Positions 46,732-60,852 of a DNA stretch of 64,000 bases are shown in pieces; the stretch's first letter is position 1, and each line of letters opens with the position of its first letter. The position numbers and the translations under genes were made by a program. Under the pieces are notes generated by a model. That model worked only from the letters and a program-made list of their open reading frames with translations, had not been told where the DNA came from and did not search any database. Source of the DNA: Coniocarpon cinnabarinum (taxonomy: Eukaryota); the NCBI GenBank assembly GCA_051942205.1, contig JAVECO010000016.1, positions 1 through 64,000 of the forward strand. Direction: 5' to 3'.

Positions 46732-49425
46732 TCAGCTGAAACCCGTTGCGGTACTGCTAGCAAAGTAGTCGGCGCCAAAAGAAGAATCAAAGTCCTGCAT
46801 TAAAGTCGCATAGTCGACACCATCCTGACCAGCAAATGCCGTAAAGTCCAGTATATCCATTTGGGACATAGAAGTGCCAAATTGAGAATCATGAGTTGTA
46901 CTTAAAGTAGCGGTGGCTTTCGCATTGGATTCTTCTAATGCCCACTTGGCGGCAGCTTGATCTTTCATGCGGTCTACCAAGCCCCAAGTACGAAGGACTT
47001 CATGGCTTGCGCTCGTCGGTCCTTCCTCAGTAGCGGCAGCCCTGTGAGCGACCATGACTTGCTGTGGTGGGTGGCCCTTAACAATGGCCCACGCACGCTG
47101 GCATGCCTGTACGACGTCTGATTCTGAGTGCAGAGGATCCGTCTTGCACAGCTCATCCAAAATGTGGATTGTTGGATGGAGCTGCAAATGGCGTTTCGCA
47201 TGCCACTTAATCGGATCCGTGCTATGCGACTCATGGAGGGCGCGATAAGTCTCTAAAAGACTCGTAGCTGCGGCGAGGCCTCGTTTGCGAACCATGTTCC
47301 ATTCTCTGACTGGGCTTGTTTTCGATGCCAGCTGAGCGTGCAGTAGCCAGAGCTTTTGCAAGATCAGGAGAGAAAGAAATCTGACTTTGAATTGCGCTGC
47401 GTCTTCGGGTCGATCTTCGTAAAGGGCCGCCATATGCCGGCTGGTCTCACGGATCGTATCTTCTATCTTCTGTGACGCCTGGTCATAGGCAACATCGAGA
47501 TTCAGGATACCACTCATGCATCGAACACATAGTCCCGAGTACATCCGGACGAGCTGCAGGGTCATGTCTGATACGGAGGTGTACTCCTGAGTAGCTGGAT
47601 CTACCATGATGTGGTCGAGGTCGTCGTCCGAGATGTTGCTTGGCAAACGCGTAGACGCGCCGTGTGGTACAAGTTTGTCGCCCAAGAGCGGCTCTGCATC
47701 GAACCCCGTTGGCTCCGAAATGACGTGGTCAATGAATAGCACACAATGCCAGAGTCGTCGCCTGGTCTCGCGCTCCACCGGGGTCAGATGAGGAGCCTGA
47801 CGTTGGGACGAAGACTGAGGCTCTAATCGTGCTGGATCAATGTGAAGGCCAATTTTCTTTGCACAACGAAGCAAAACGCCGACAGATGTGAAAAGGCCAT
47901 GGTCACTGCCGGCTTCGTTGTATCGTGTAAACTATCGATGATGTTAGGATAGCGACTCGAGCGGAGAAACATCAGAGTGGATAAGCAACCGACTACACTT
48001 ACCACTAGCAAGCAGAAAGCGAGAAGCGAATCCATTCGCGGTGTCATAAAAACTTCAGACTTCATGAGACTTTGTTGAGCCGCATAGGAGAATGACGCCA
48101 TAGCTTTCCGCTTGGTATCTGAGCCTTTGCCATGCTTCCAACTATAGTACTGGATTAGCCTGTAGCACAATCGCTAGCCTCGAGTAGTAACAATGCCATT
48201 CATCAAAGCTGATCATCGAAAGTGACTTGAGCATAAAGGCCGAAGACAACTCACGGTCCCGTGGGTCCAGCATGTTGCTTACACAGGTCGTCCATTTCAG
48301 ACAAGGATAAGCTGTTCACTGCCGAGTATAGCACGGCAAACAAGAGAGCTTCAAATGCCCAGCATTCTCGGCCATTATTGAATGACATCGCATGAGCATC
48401 AGAGCCGAGACGCTGAGTGATCTGCACACCAAAGTATCGTGACAATATCCTCTGGAAGGTCGGCTTATGGAGGAGGCGAACGACAGGATCGACTCTGCAC
48501 GGAACTTTAATTAGCGCATCACATCTTTTAAGAATCCTGGTGTCAGGGGCAGGATAGGCACTTCTTCGTAAAACATGCATGGGATATCGAAGGGTGGTAA
48601 GTCTGTACACGCGACGGTACGGCTTGGCTCATGGCTTGAGGCGCTATGCAAGCGGTCATGGCGCTCGCAAATCAATTTGTCAAGTTTGACGCTCGAGAGG
48701 AGCACTGAACTTACCTCGATTTAAAGACCGACCACAGATCGTTTGTAATGGCTGCAGGAGGCATATAGTCTCTTGCGTGAAAGCTGCGTTCTCGCTGCGC
48801 GAAAAGGGGCCACGCCTGATCCAGATCACAGTGAGCTATATTTCCGTCTTCTGCATTGCCGTCTATAAGAGTCGCCAAATGATTCCAATGAAAAGCAGAA
48901 AAGTAGCGAACGTCGCCATTCTCTTCATGCAGAGCACCCGGGCTTGTAAGTTTAGAAGGGTTTACACTTATGTTGGTTTGACTCGTACGGTCACCATCAA
49001 CCTTTTGGACGAGGTTGCGTACAAGAGCCTCGAGCTGATGCACCCTGGAATCTAAAGACGAGACTTTAGAGTCATTGATGGCTTGGGGCGACCCGCGACT
49101 TTCATGGCTATCGTTTTCGCTTGCTTGATCAACTTCGTACACACAGCGATATCCGTGTCTGAGGTAAGTCGTCAGGCATGGTCGAGACTCTCCATTGAGC
49201 GTTATGAAGCACTCACTGCAGACATTGGCGGCAGTCGGGTTTCTCCCTACCGCTCATGTCAGCTTGTATCCATTGCCCTCACTTGGCAAGTTGTGAGCCG
49301 AGCAGATTCGATGCTTTGAACACTAGCGCTGAATGATACCAGCCTTACCTTGTGCAGCGAATCTTGCGGTTACGACATCTTATACAGGCATGGATAGGGC
49401 GCTTAGTGACAAGCATCTGAGACAT
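46732..49425 (-). CDS. Zn(II)2Cys6 fungal transcription factor with middle homology region (6 exons)
   Basis: Spliced N-terminus CIRCRNRKIRCTR|EKPDCRQCLQ|HGYRCVY (Cx2Cx6Cx6Cx2Cx6C), then VDPVVRLLHKPTF, AKKIGLHIDP and ETRRRLWHCV. Confidence 0.9.
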
Positions 49426-50414
49426 TTGTGACGTATCATGCAGACGACACCTAGAACCTGCAAACTGTCTTGCATGCGGAATTTTTGCTCAAATAGCTGG
49501 CTGTAACATGTAGCAAATGCCTCGTTATGTTGCCTGATCCCATTCTCACTCAACACTCGGCGATCCAAGAGATGGCTGACAAGCTTGGACCAACAGTCGA
49601 TGTTCTATAAGAGGCATAGTGGATTTAGACATCTTAGTCAGCAGTCATGCTGTCCGTGGTGAATGTCCCTGACTCGAGACATGTGCGCGATGCTGCACGA
49701 TTGCTTGTTGAGCTACTTCGTGGGAGCTCCCGTGTCTCTGTAACAAGGGTTTCGTACAAGTCTGACCTTCGGCGTGCAGGTCGCTCGTGCTTCGTACTTC
49801 GGACATGACTCGAATGTTGTTACGCGTTCATCAAATTAGCCGGGACAGTTCGACGGCAGGATTCCCTCCGTGTCCGCTTGCAAATGCTGAGCGACATTGC
49901 GAATGAACGCAATTTTTGCATCTTTGAGCCTCCGTAAACTCACAGACGAACCTTTCACAAGTTTGCTGAAACATGAACACGTGGCAAATCAAGGCGCGTG
50001 GGAACAAGTCGCCGTCATGTGCTTTACACGGTAATACCGAAGGCCATGCGCGTCTGCCGTGAAAGGCGAAATGGCGAGTTGGAAAAATAGACAGCACAGG
50101 TGCTAAGGTGTTTGACCTCTAATAACGTAGCCTTGAAGGCCGAGCCGAAGTCAGCTCGCGCACGAGGCGGCCGAGAGCGTACGAGGCAGTGACTCTCAGC
50201 GTAGCAGCCGGGCTGCATGCGTCCTGCCCCAAACAGATCAAAGATCTCGTGCAATTCTAAGCGCGAGCACCCTCATGATGTCTTTTATAGGGGGATCCAG
50301 CCCCTCCACGCATCGTTGGGAAACTGTGACGCTATATCCCCCACTCTTGCTTCAAAGCGCGGTAGTGCTTGACAGTATTGCATCTGTCTAATTCCAGGCA
50401 GTTTCCCTCGCATC

Positions 50415-52220
50415 ATGAACGGACAGGAAAATTCTCAGACTGAGTTGAATCGCACCGATTCAAAGCAGTCAGATGTGGAAGCAGTCTCTCACACCGAGAA
50501 ATCGGCTCCACCAAAGAATGAGAACGCTTTTGTGCCTCCTGACGGTGGTCTGAGAGCATGGCTCTGCGTGCTTGGCGGCTTCTGCGTGAGAATGCCCTAT
50601 CCAGACAACCCTTAAGGCATTGGAGATGCTGATATATGTCTGCAGTGCCTATTTGTCAGCTTCGGCTTTCTCAATGCGTGAGCACCGTTCGTTGTACAAC
50701 CTCTGGTTCACCATCCTGACTCATTCCCAATTCAGTTGCGGTATCTTCCAACTTTACTATGAAGAGTCTCTTCTCAGTGACTACGACTCTTCGACTATCA
50801 CATGGATCACTACTGTCGCTCTGTTTTTCATGTTTGTCCTGGGACCCGGATTCGGGATACTAGCCGATAAAAAGGGCCCTAAAATAGTGCTTATACCTGC
50901 ATCAGTACTGATCGTATTCGCGATCTGTATGCTCTCGTTGTCAAAGAAATACTACCAAATCCTCCTCAGTGAAGGAGTTGCTTTTGGCATTGGTGCGAGT
51001 GCATTGTTCTTGACACCGATCGTTGCCGTTGGAAGGTGGTTCACAACCAAAAGAGGCCTAGCAACAGGTATTGTCACGAGTGGCAGCGGCTTGGGTAGGT
51101 ATCCTTCCGCAAAATAACAACAACGATCTTACCAGTCCACAGGTGGTGTGATCTTTCCGATCTTTATTCCGCACATGATTGATCAGCATGGCTTTGCAGC
51201 GGCTGTTCGGTGGACAGCCCTGCTTATGGGTTGCATGCTCGTCATCGCGGTGTTGACAGTCAGCGCTCCTTACGGTGCTCAAGTAAGTGAAGCATACCCA
51301 CGACACTTCTTGGCAAGTCGGCGCCGTCAGGTGATGCAGCACTGACCGCCAATCGCTAGGACCAGCGAAAACCTCCTCAAAGCTCGTCGCGGGAGTTCTG
51401 GCGAGAATTCAAAAAACCATATTGGATTCTGTACTTTGCTGGCGCTTTTCTTTTCTGGTGGGCATTTGCGCCTCGTTCTTCTTCTTGATATTTGCTGACA
51501 AGTGTGCAAGGTGGGGTTTCTTTGCGCCATTTGATTGTAAGGCTTACGCGAACATGTGCATGTCCTTACCTCAGCTTACCAAATATTTAGATGTACCCTT
51601 ATTCGCCGCCGTGCGTGTGCACGCCAGTCAAGACATGTCGAACAACATTTCCTCCATCCTGAAGTACGTCGTTGGGTTTACTACAAGTGAGCGAAGATGC
51701 TAAACGAATACAGTGCATTTTCCGTGGTGGGCCGTATTCTCCCAGGTTACTTGGGTGATAAGTTTGGACAATTCAATGTGATTGTCATAGTGGCCGCCCT
51801 CTCCGGCATCTCGACCTTGGCGTTTTGGCTTCCAGTGCAGTACCACCCAAATGAAGCTGCGACAATTTGCTTCGCCGGTTTTTTTGGGTTCGTCAGCGGT
51901 GGCTTCATTTCGTTGATGACTCCGTGCATCGTCCAACTTTGTTTTGGAAAGATTGGCGACTTGGGAAAGAGACTGGGAGTCTTTATGACTATTGTGGCTT
52001 TCGCGTAAGACTCTTCATCCATTCAGGGTGATTCCACGTGCTGATCACACTGCTCTGCAGCGCTTTATCCGGGCTTCCGATACAAGGTGCGATCAAAGAC
52101 AGCGCTGCAGCGCAAGACTTCCGGGGCTTGATAGCTTTTTCAGGAGCTGTCATGATGATAGGATGCTCGTTGATCTGTGGAGCATATGTAGCGCTCAGAA
52201 GGGCGAAAGCACAGAACTGA
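50415..52220 (+). CDS. MFS monocarboxylate-porter-like (Mch) transporter, about 9 exons
   Basis: PPDGGLRAWLCVLGGF, GIFQLYY, WFTTKRGLATGIVTSGSGLGG and GRILPGYLGDKFG. Eight GT-AG introns restore a continuous frame. Confidence 0.9.
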
Positions 52221-53099
52221 AAGATCGAAAAACAGATTCAGTCCTCAGGGTGATGTACGAATAGATGCATTGGACCGGACGTAGAGGGAGAAACACATGA
52301 CAGACTTTTTCCGGCTGTATTCGGCTGTATTTTCAAGTCATTGTCATCAGCGTACATATTCAATCCATGCCGATACGAGACGTTGTAGGGAGCCAAGTCT
52401 TCACGTGAATTACCAGCGGAGTTCTTTCGGAGATATCTGCGTGCACGGATCACATGTGAAGCTGCCGAGGTCGACCTCCGCTTGTCCGGCAAACTTGAAG
52501 CTAGTGTAGGTACGCTCCGAGTGAACGTGGTTTGATCGCCATGGGACGTCGTTGCGGTCGAGCTTAACGTTTGCGAGTCCTGAAGATGAATCGCATGAGA
52601 CTCTTGCACCGGGAGAGTTTGTCTCCTTAAGACACGAGGACGAGCGCTCTTCTGACCAGCCAGCAGACGCGTAGTCGACGAGCAACGCCCAGCAGTCCTC
52701 CCAAGGCGTGCCAATGCCTTTCCCCACCGCGCACAAGGTCCAGATGTCTTCTGGTTCGAAGCGGTTGGTTCCGATCGACAGCTCGGTCCCTTGGCTTGTT
52801 GTCGAAATACCTGTTTAGCCGCGGGCAGGTCAGATGTCTTCGCTTCAGCCCTTCCTCTCCCAATAAGCTCTCACACTCCCCATCAGCCATGCAATGCTTT
52901 GCGTGCAGCTTTCCATAGAGACAGCTTCGCAGATCGTCTACGAGACTTTGGCTACAAAGAGCATGACCCACCGGGCAAGCTGGACCCATCGGAGAATTTG
53001 AGGACACGCCGAGCCCACACCGACATCGAGGTCCTTCAATGACCAAGACACCAGAAGTGCCTATACTCCGCGGACACACTCTATATTGAGCTTCATAAT

Positions 53100-54198
53100 A
53101 TGGCGTCCAAGAATGGATCCAAGCCAGGCCAGAAAGGCACCTCGCCGGCGATCAACCTGATCGGTAAATCGATTCTCACATATGAAGTTGCAAACACATG
53201 ACTGATCAATGTGTACAGCTGGCGGGGGCGCTGGCATGATGGAGGCCTTTGCCTGCCATCCTCTGGACACGATCAAAGTGCGAATGCAACTATCCCGCAG
53301 AGGCCGCACCCCAGGCGTATGGCCCCAATGAATATCACTAGCAATCTAGACTTACTTACCGCCCTGATAGACGAAGCCGCGCGGCTTCGTACGAACTGGA
53401 GTCGAGATTGTAAAGAAAGAGACACCTTTGGGACTTTACAAGGGATTGGGGGCCGTACTGACTGGTATAATACCGAAAATGGCCATTCGTTTCACGTCGT
53501 ACGAATCGTATAAGACCATGTTAATGGACAAGAACACGGGCAAGATTACCGGCCCGTCAACATTCATGGCGGGACTTGCTGCTGGCGTGACGGAGGCAGT
53601 GGCTGTGGTGACTCCCATGGAAGTCGTCAAGATTCGTCTGCAGGCCCAACATCACTCAATGTCAGACCCGCTCGATGTACCCAAATATCGAAATGCAGCG
53701 CACGCGGCTTTCACCGTTTTCAAAGAAGAAGGTGTAGGGGCCTTATGGCGAGGCGTGTCCCTTACAGCCCTCCGACAAGGCACCAATCAGGCGGCTAACT
53801 TCACTGCTTACTCATATCTCAAGCAACTCCTACAGGACCTCCAAAGAGACAAATTAGGTGCAGAGCACGGTGGCTCTAACCTGCCCGGGTGGCAGACATC
53901 AATTATCGGGCTCATATCCGGGGCCGTAGGCCCGTTCACCAATGCGCCCATCGATACAATAAAGACGCGCCTGCAGAAGACGCCGGCAGAGGAGGGCCAG
54001 TCAGCTATGAATAGAATCATGACCATCGGAAGGGACATGTTCAAATTAGAAGGCCCCCGGGCGTTTTACAAAGGAATTACACCGCGAGTGATGCGAGTCG
54101 CCCCAGGTCAGGCTGTGACCTTCACAGTTTATGAGTATCTAAAATCGATACTTGAGAAAGGTCGCGAGATGATGGACGAGTCGGCGTACAAGGAATGA
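53100..54198 (+). CDS. SFC1: Mitochondrial succinate/fumarate carrier (Sfc1/Acr1/AcuL), 3 exons
   Basis: NLIAGGGAGMMEAFACHPLDTIKVRMQLS, GLGAVLTGIIPKMAIRF, PMEVVKIRLQAQ and PIDTIKTRLQ: three Px[DE]xx[KR] carrier motifs. Confidence 0.93.
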
Positions 54199-54771
54199 AG
54201 AGGACTATGAGCTCTTCCGAACTGTGTAGCTGTCGGGCGTGACTCGTGCAACGCACGTCGGGGAATAAGAAATACATTAGAGAATCAGTAGAATCCAAAT
54301 AAGTGTATCGTAAAATCGGTATCCACAATACATCTGAATGAAACTTTGATAGATGAGAGGCCTTGTAAGCAGCGACTATCTAACTGTCCGTTGTGGCTGT
54401 AACTTGAACAGGACCGTTAGCGAAAAAGGCTGCTCCGTCGTTCTGGGCATCTTCAAATGATCAACTCGCCGTAGAATGCGAGGCGCTTGATGGTAAGAGG
54501 TGCCATTCCAGCCTTCCACATCCACATCCAATCAGATACCGAACACAACGTCATCAGACATCTTTGTGAGTCGTAATTAGGCCCTATGACGAGCTGAAAG
54601 AAGCGTCACCGAAGCAAGTTTTGGTTCTTCGATTGAAAATAAGCGTGGGGTGTCGTGGGTGTGAAGGCACTTCACTCCGGGAATTAGTTAATCCGAACAT
54701 TAAATCAACCCAATTACCAATGACTTATTTTAAAGTAAATCCTTTCCTTGTTGAGTGTACTGTGCGTTGCG

Positions 54772-55998
54772 ATGAAGACTCGATTGAGAATTGCAAGCCG
54801 CCTGGATGGCTCGAACAGTCTGCCTTTTTCCGATCGCAAAGCTGATGGCTGTACTAATAACGTGTAGTTCTGTCTGACAGTTCTGTCTGCATCTCCTGCC
54901 GACGAACTCTCCTCCAGCAGCAACGACGTGCCGCTTCTACGGCAGCAGCAGAAGCAAGGTCCGATGATCACGATCCCGAGAACGACTCATTCCCTCCATC
55001 TACACCTTCTGAACCCTCATCGAATCCTGCGACTGCTCCAATCACTGGACCTAAGCCGTTCTACAGTCTCAACTGTAGTGTGATTCTTTCTCGGCCACCA
55101 ATACTCACAAGAGATTTGCATCCATTTGAATCTGCATACTTTCTCTACCAAAAACGATTGAATGAGCGCACTGCCATGCCCTTTACGCGCTATTTTTACT
55201 ACAAGAAGGGGACACCGGCTGACCTCGAGTGGAAGCGCAAAGCTCGGGAACGATTGACGCCAGCTCGCGACATTGGCAATTATCACGCATATGGAAAAGA
55301 AGCATGGAATGACGAACTGCTCGTCGGTGCGCAAGAAAGCAGTCGCGACCATCAGATGCAGATGCTATTGAGAGACGCAGAATCAGCGGCAGAGGATCCA
55401 GCTACTGGCGGCGAACAGGGCAAGGAAACGACGTCAGGCGGTGCCGGTCCTGGGAGCGTATATACTCGCCGAAAGAAAATTGAGATTGAAAAGCCGCAGG
55501 ATCGTCTCAGTGAAGCAGACCAAGATGGTGATACAAGAAGCCTGAATCGGCTCATGACGCGGGCACTGTATTTTGTCGTGCGCAACGAAGATGGAAGATG
55601 GACATTTCCTACGAGCAGCTTGGAGGGGAGAGAGTGGCTAAGAAAGGTGAGATCTGGTTTGAACGACATGAGCATTCGTGACTAATGTGACAAAGGGCGC
55701 GAACAGAATCATTGAGCAAGCCGGGGGAATGAACATGAATACTTGGCTCGTTGGTCACGTTCCGATTGGTCATTTCGTTCAGGATTACTACAAGCCTCAT
55801 GAAGAGAAGCAGGAGGATACTATTCAGCTCGGGCAAAAGACCTTTTTCATGAAAGGCAGAATCATGGCGGGACAGGCGGATCTTGGCGCAAATCAATTGG
55901 CGTTGACGGACTTCAAGTGGCTTACGAAAGAGGAAATTCGCCAGTTGGTGTCGCCCAAATACTGGAGCATGACAGAGGACATGCTTACGGAGCGGTAA
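54772..55998 (+). CDS. Mitochondrial large ribosomal subunit protein mL46 (yeast MrpL17-like); start uncertain
   Basis: ILSRPPILTRDLHPFESAYFLYQKRLNER, FYYKKGTPA, DTRSLNRLM, MNTWLVGHVP, KTFFMKGRIMAGQ and DFKWLTKEEI. Exon 1 relies on a weak GTCTGC donor at 54818. Confidence 0.85.
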
Positions 55999-56636
55999 CG
56001 ACGACTCTTGATGCGGCGTAGGAAGTAGTAGATCTCAAGATCGTGATTCTGATCTGCACCCCCGAGGGACAACTGTACATTTACGAAACAGCTTGGCCAT
56101 TTGGCAGCTCAAAGATTCCTTCTAGATTAGTCTTTTGGAACGATCTTGCGGCAATCTCCATCCAAAGTGCCGTCATTGAGCCGAAGCCTGAGCCACGCGT
56201 TGGTGAAACAATAGAGGAAGTCCAGCTCATAGTTTGTAGAGAAGCGAAAAGGACCCCAAGATGCACGGTCCCAGATTTGTTTCAGGGTAATCTACAAACG
56301 CTAACCTGTTTGGATAAATGCCGCGCGCCAAGCATTAGAATGAAGTTGAAGGTGGCCGTGCATGGAAGGGTGGGAGCAACTCTCATGATCACCTCAAATC
56401 GGATCTCGACACTCTGTAGCCGTTGACTCGCTCTTGTGATCAGTTCGCAAATACACATGTCCCGCATCTTCGCGTCTCCAACGGCCCCCTAGAACGGATC
56501 TCCCTTCTCTCCAAGCATCTCGCATGCGCAAACCAGCTGAGTTGCCCAACAGCAGCGTCGGCTTGACGTCTTCGATGTCTTGGCCGCTGCCTGTACCGTC
56601 GAGCCAAAGTCTTATTGAGCGCTCCGACCAGTGGCG

Positions 56637-59600
56637 ATGTCGGGTCCACCGCTGGGTCCATCGGAATCGTCAGATGCAAGTCACGATAACCTCATAGACG
56701 TCGGCGATTCACAACCCTATTACCATTCTGGGCGACCACCTCCGACGAATGACGAGAATCTCCTACATCAATACAACATCGATGATTCCGATGAGCCCCA
56801 TGGCAGGGAATCCGTCTCCCATGACCATTTCGTTGGAGAAGGAGGCGGATCATCGCGAATTCAGCAAGCCCAACCTGGTTTGACCGCCACGAATGATCCA
56901 CCATACCTCGCGCAAGACAGTCGTGCATACTCCCAGACCTCCGACCTCCACCATGTCAGGAGTCATGATGAGATTGATGACTTACCGGAAGATGAGTTTG
57001 AATACTACGGTGAGGGCGGCTTGGACGACAATGCGCCCGAAGCCAATCTCAAGAGCGCTGCGGCAAGGAACCGTAATAGCATTATGAGTTTAGGAGGGGG
57101 CTTGATGGGTAGGGCTAAGCACATGATAGGCATGCGACCCGAATACTCAGACATGGATCTGCCTCTCACGGAACACGGCGTTCAACGCGCGGACACAGAC
57201 GGAGACGCATCGACGACAAAAGAGCAGAAAAGCACTCCCGGAGGAAAGTTTCGATTCGGATTCGGTCGAGGTCAAACAGACTACAGCAAATTGGGGCCCA
57301 GAACGATTCACCTCAACAATCCGCCGGCCAATGCAGGAGGCAGCTACGTCAGCAATCATGTGTCAACGACGAAATATAACGCGTTTACGTTCCTGTTCAA
57401 ATTCCTATACGAGCAGTTCTCCAAGTACGCGAATCTGTTCTTCCTCTTCACAGCCATCCTGCAACAGATCCCAGATCTTTCACCAACAAACCGATATACT
57501 ACGATAGTGCCGCTTATAATCGTTCTGATCGTTTCAGCGATCGTTGAGATGGTCGAGGATTATCGGAGAAGACAGTCCGATGCCCAGCTCAATAATTCCA
57601 AGGCCAGAATCCTTCGCGGTTCCGACTTCGTGGAGACCAAATGGGTCAATGTAGCCGTGGGTGATATCGTTCGAGTGGAATCAGAGGAGCCGTTTCCCGC
57701 AGATTTGGTCCTCTTAGCGACATCTGAGCCTGAGGGTCTTTGCTACATTGAAACCGCAAATCTAGACGGCGAGACCAATCTGAAGATCAAGCAAGCAATT
57801 CCAGAGACAGCAAACCTTGTGTCGCCAAGTGAACTCAGCCGTTTGGGTGGTATCATCAAGTCTGAGCAACCCAACAGCAGTCTCTACACGTACGAAGCAA
57901 CGATCACCGTGCATTCAGGTGGCGGCGAAAAGGAGCTCCCACTGCAGCCTGATCAGCTTATGCTGCGAGGAGCTACCTTGCGGAACACACCATGGGTGCA
58001 TGGCATTGTCGTGTTTACCGGCCACGAGACAAAGCTGATGCGCAACGCAACAGCCACGCCGATTAAGACGACTGAGGTGCAACGCATGATTAACAAGCAG
58101 ATATTGCTTCTCGGTGCTGTGTTGATTGCCCTGAGTTTGGTGGGGTCCATCGGCGACCTCATCACGCGAATTTCCCAACGCGATCATCTTGGATACTTGC
58201 AGCTCACAGGGACAAGCGCTGTGGGCCAATTCTTCTCTGACATCTTCACCAACTGGGTGTTGTATTCCAATCTGATTCCCATCTCACTGTTTATCACAGT
58301 GGAGATCGTCAAGTACCTCACCGCGGTGTTGATCAACTCGGACCTGGATATGTATTACGATGTCACAGACACGCCAGCTAACTGTCGGACTTCTTCTCTA
58401 GTTGAAGAACTCGGACAGATTGAATATGTCTTCTCGGACAAAACCGGCACCCTCACGAGGAACCAAATGGAGTTCCGACAATGCTCCATTGCCGGCTACA
58501 TGTACGCTGACGAAGTTCCAGACGATCGCAAAGCGACCAGGACTGATGACAGCTCTGGCATTCACGATTTTAACGAGTTACGAGACAACTTACAAAATCA
58601 CCCGACGCGACCTTTCATTGAGCAATTCTTGACCTTACTTTCCACTTGTCATACTGTTATTCCCGAACGGAAGGAGGAAAAGAGCGGTACGATCAAGTAT
58701 CAAGCCGCTTCGCCTGACGAAGGTGCCTTGGTAGAAGGAGCTGTGCTCCTCGGGTATCGATTCATTGCACGCCAGCCACGCGCAGTCACCATCCTGGTGG
58801 ACGGCGTCGAGCAGAGATATGAGCTTCTAGCAGTGTGTGAGTTCAACTCAACGCGCAAACGCATGTCGACAATCTTCCGCTGTCCAGATCGGCGAGTGCG
58901 CCTCTTCTGCAAAGGCGCAGATACTGTCATTATGGAACGACTCGCCAAGGGAGAGAATCCACATGTTGACGCGACATTGCAACACCTTGAAGAGTATGCT
59001 GCCGAAGGCTTACGGACACTCTGCTTGGCAACCAGAGAAGTCGAGGAGAGTGAGTTTCAAGAGTGGTGGCAGATATTCAACGCCGCAGCTACGACTGTCA
59101 GCGGTAATCGTGCGGATGAACTTGACAAGGCTGCCGAGCTGATCGAGCATGATCTAATGCTCCTCGGCGCAACTGCTATCGAAGACAAGCTGCAGGACGG
59201 CGTCCCTGACACTATTCACGAACTTCAGCAGGCAGGTATCAAGGTGTGGGTGCTCACTGGCGACCGGCAGGAGACTGCCATCAATATTGGCATGAGCTGC
59301 AGGCTGATCAGCGAAGACATGACGCTGCTTATCGTTAACGAGGAAAACGCAGCTGCCACACACGACAACATCCAGAAGAAAATCACAGCCATTAAACAGC
59401 AAGCCACGTCCAATGCGGAATTGGAAACACTCGCCCTGGTCATTGACGGCAAATCACTCACGTTCGCGCTTGATCGTGAAATGGAGAAGCTGTTCCTTGA
59501 CTTGGCAGTCATGTGCAAAGCAGTGATCTGCTGCCGTGTGTCGCCTCTGCAAAAGGCTCTGGTGGTGAAGCTCGTCAAGCGGCATCTCAAGTCGATATTG

Positions 59601-60852
59601 CTAGCCATTGGCGACGGGGCGAACGACGTCTCCATGATTCAAGCTGCCCACGTTGGCGTCGGTATTGCTGGCATGGAAGGTCTACAGGCAGCGCGGAGTG
59701 CAGATGTCGCCATTGGCCAGTTCCGGTTCCTCAAGAAGCTGTTGCTTGTCCACGGGGCGTGGACGTACTACCGGGTCAGCAAGGTTATCTTGTATTCGTT
59801 TTACAAGAACATTGCTATGTTCATGACCGAGTTCTGGGTAAGTCACAGTCCTTTTTCTTGCGTTTCGTTCCCCTGTGCTCCTGCTGCTAGCCTACCTGCC
59901 TGTCTGCGTGTCTGCCTCCACACTTGCCAAGTGACCGCGTTGCCCTACTCTGCGTTGGACCAAGCGCCATCTGACTGTTACTCAGTACTCATTCTTCAAC
60001 GCCTTCTCCGGTCAAGTTATCGAAGAGTCATGGACGCTGTCCTTCTACAACATCATCTTCACCGTCTTACCACCCTTCGTCCTCGGTATCTTCGACCAGT
60101 TCGTCTCCGCCCGCCTCCTCGATCGCTACCCTCAACTCTACCAGCTCACCCAACGCGGCCTCTTCTTCAAAATGCACTCCTTCGTCGCCTGGGTCGCCAA
60201 CGGCTTCTACCACTCCCTCATCATCTACTTCGTCACCATGGCCATTTTCTGGGACGACCTCATCCAAAGCGACGGCAAGCCCGCCGGCCACTGGGTCTGG
60301 GGTACCACCGTATACACCTGCGCTCTTGTCACCGTCCTCGCCAAGGCGGCTCTCATCACCAATACATTCACGAAATACCACGTCATCGCCATCCCTGGAT
60401 CGCTGGTCCTCTGGTTCCTTCTCTTTCCTATCTACGCCTACGTCGCTCCCAAAGTCAACGTGTCAACCGAGTACCAAGGAATATTACCGCGCATCGCACC
60501 CTCACCCAACTTCTGGGCTGCCATCGTCGTCGTCCCTGCGCTTTGTCTCATCCGTGACATCGCCTGGAAATATTACAAGCGCATGTACCGCGCGCAGCCG
60601 TACCACCACGTCCAGGAAATTCAAAAATACAACATACAAGATTACCGCCCGCGGATGGAGCAATTCCAGAAGGCGGTGCGGAAAGTGAGGCAGGTGCAGC
60701 GGATGCGGAAACAGAGGGGTTATGCATTCAGTCAGGCGGATGAGAGTCAGACGAGGGTCTTGAATGCTTATGATACGACCAGGGAGCGGGGACGGTACGG
60801 AGAGTTGAAAGGGACCGAGGGAAAGGCCACGGGGCCGCAGATGAGGAGGTAG
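56637..60852 (+). CDS. DRS2: P4-ATPase phospholipid flippase Drs2/DnfB (2 exons)
   Basis: NLDGETNLK, PISL, DKTGTLT, QAASPDEGALV, LTGDRQETA, AIGDGANDVSM and C-terminal RMRKQRGYAFSQ. Intron 59838-59985. Confidence 0.97.

Noticed and set aside
59838..60557. C-terminal part of the 1308-aa ORF as an alternative Drs2 tail
   Set aside because: It is read-through of a canonical 148-nt intron into the wrong frame; the conserved TM region and tail are in the 60172-60852 frame.
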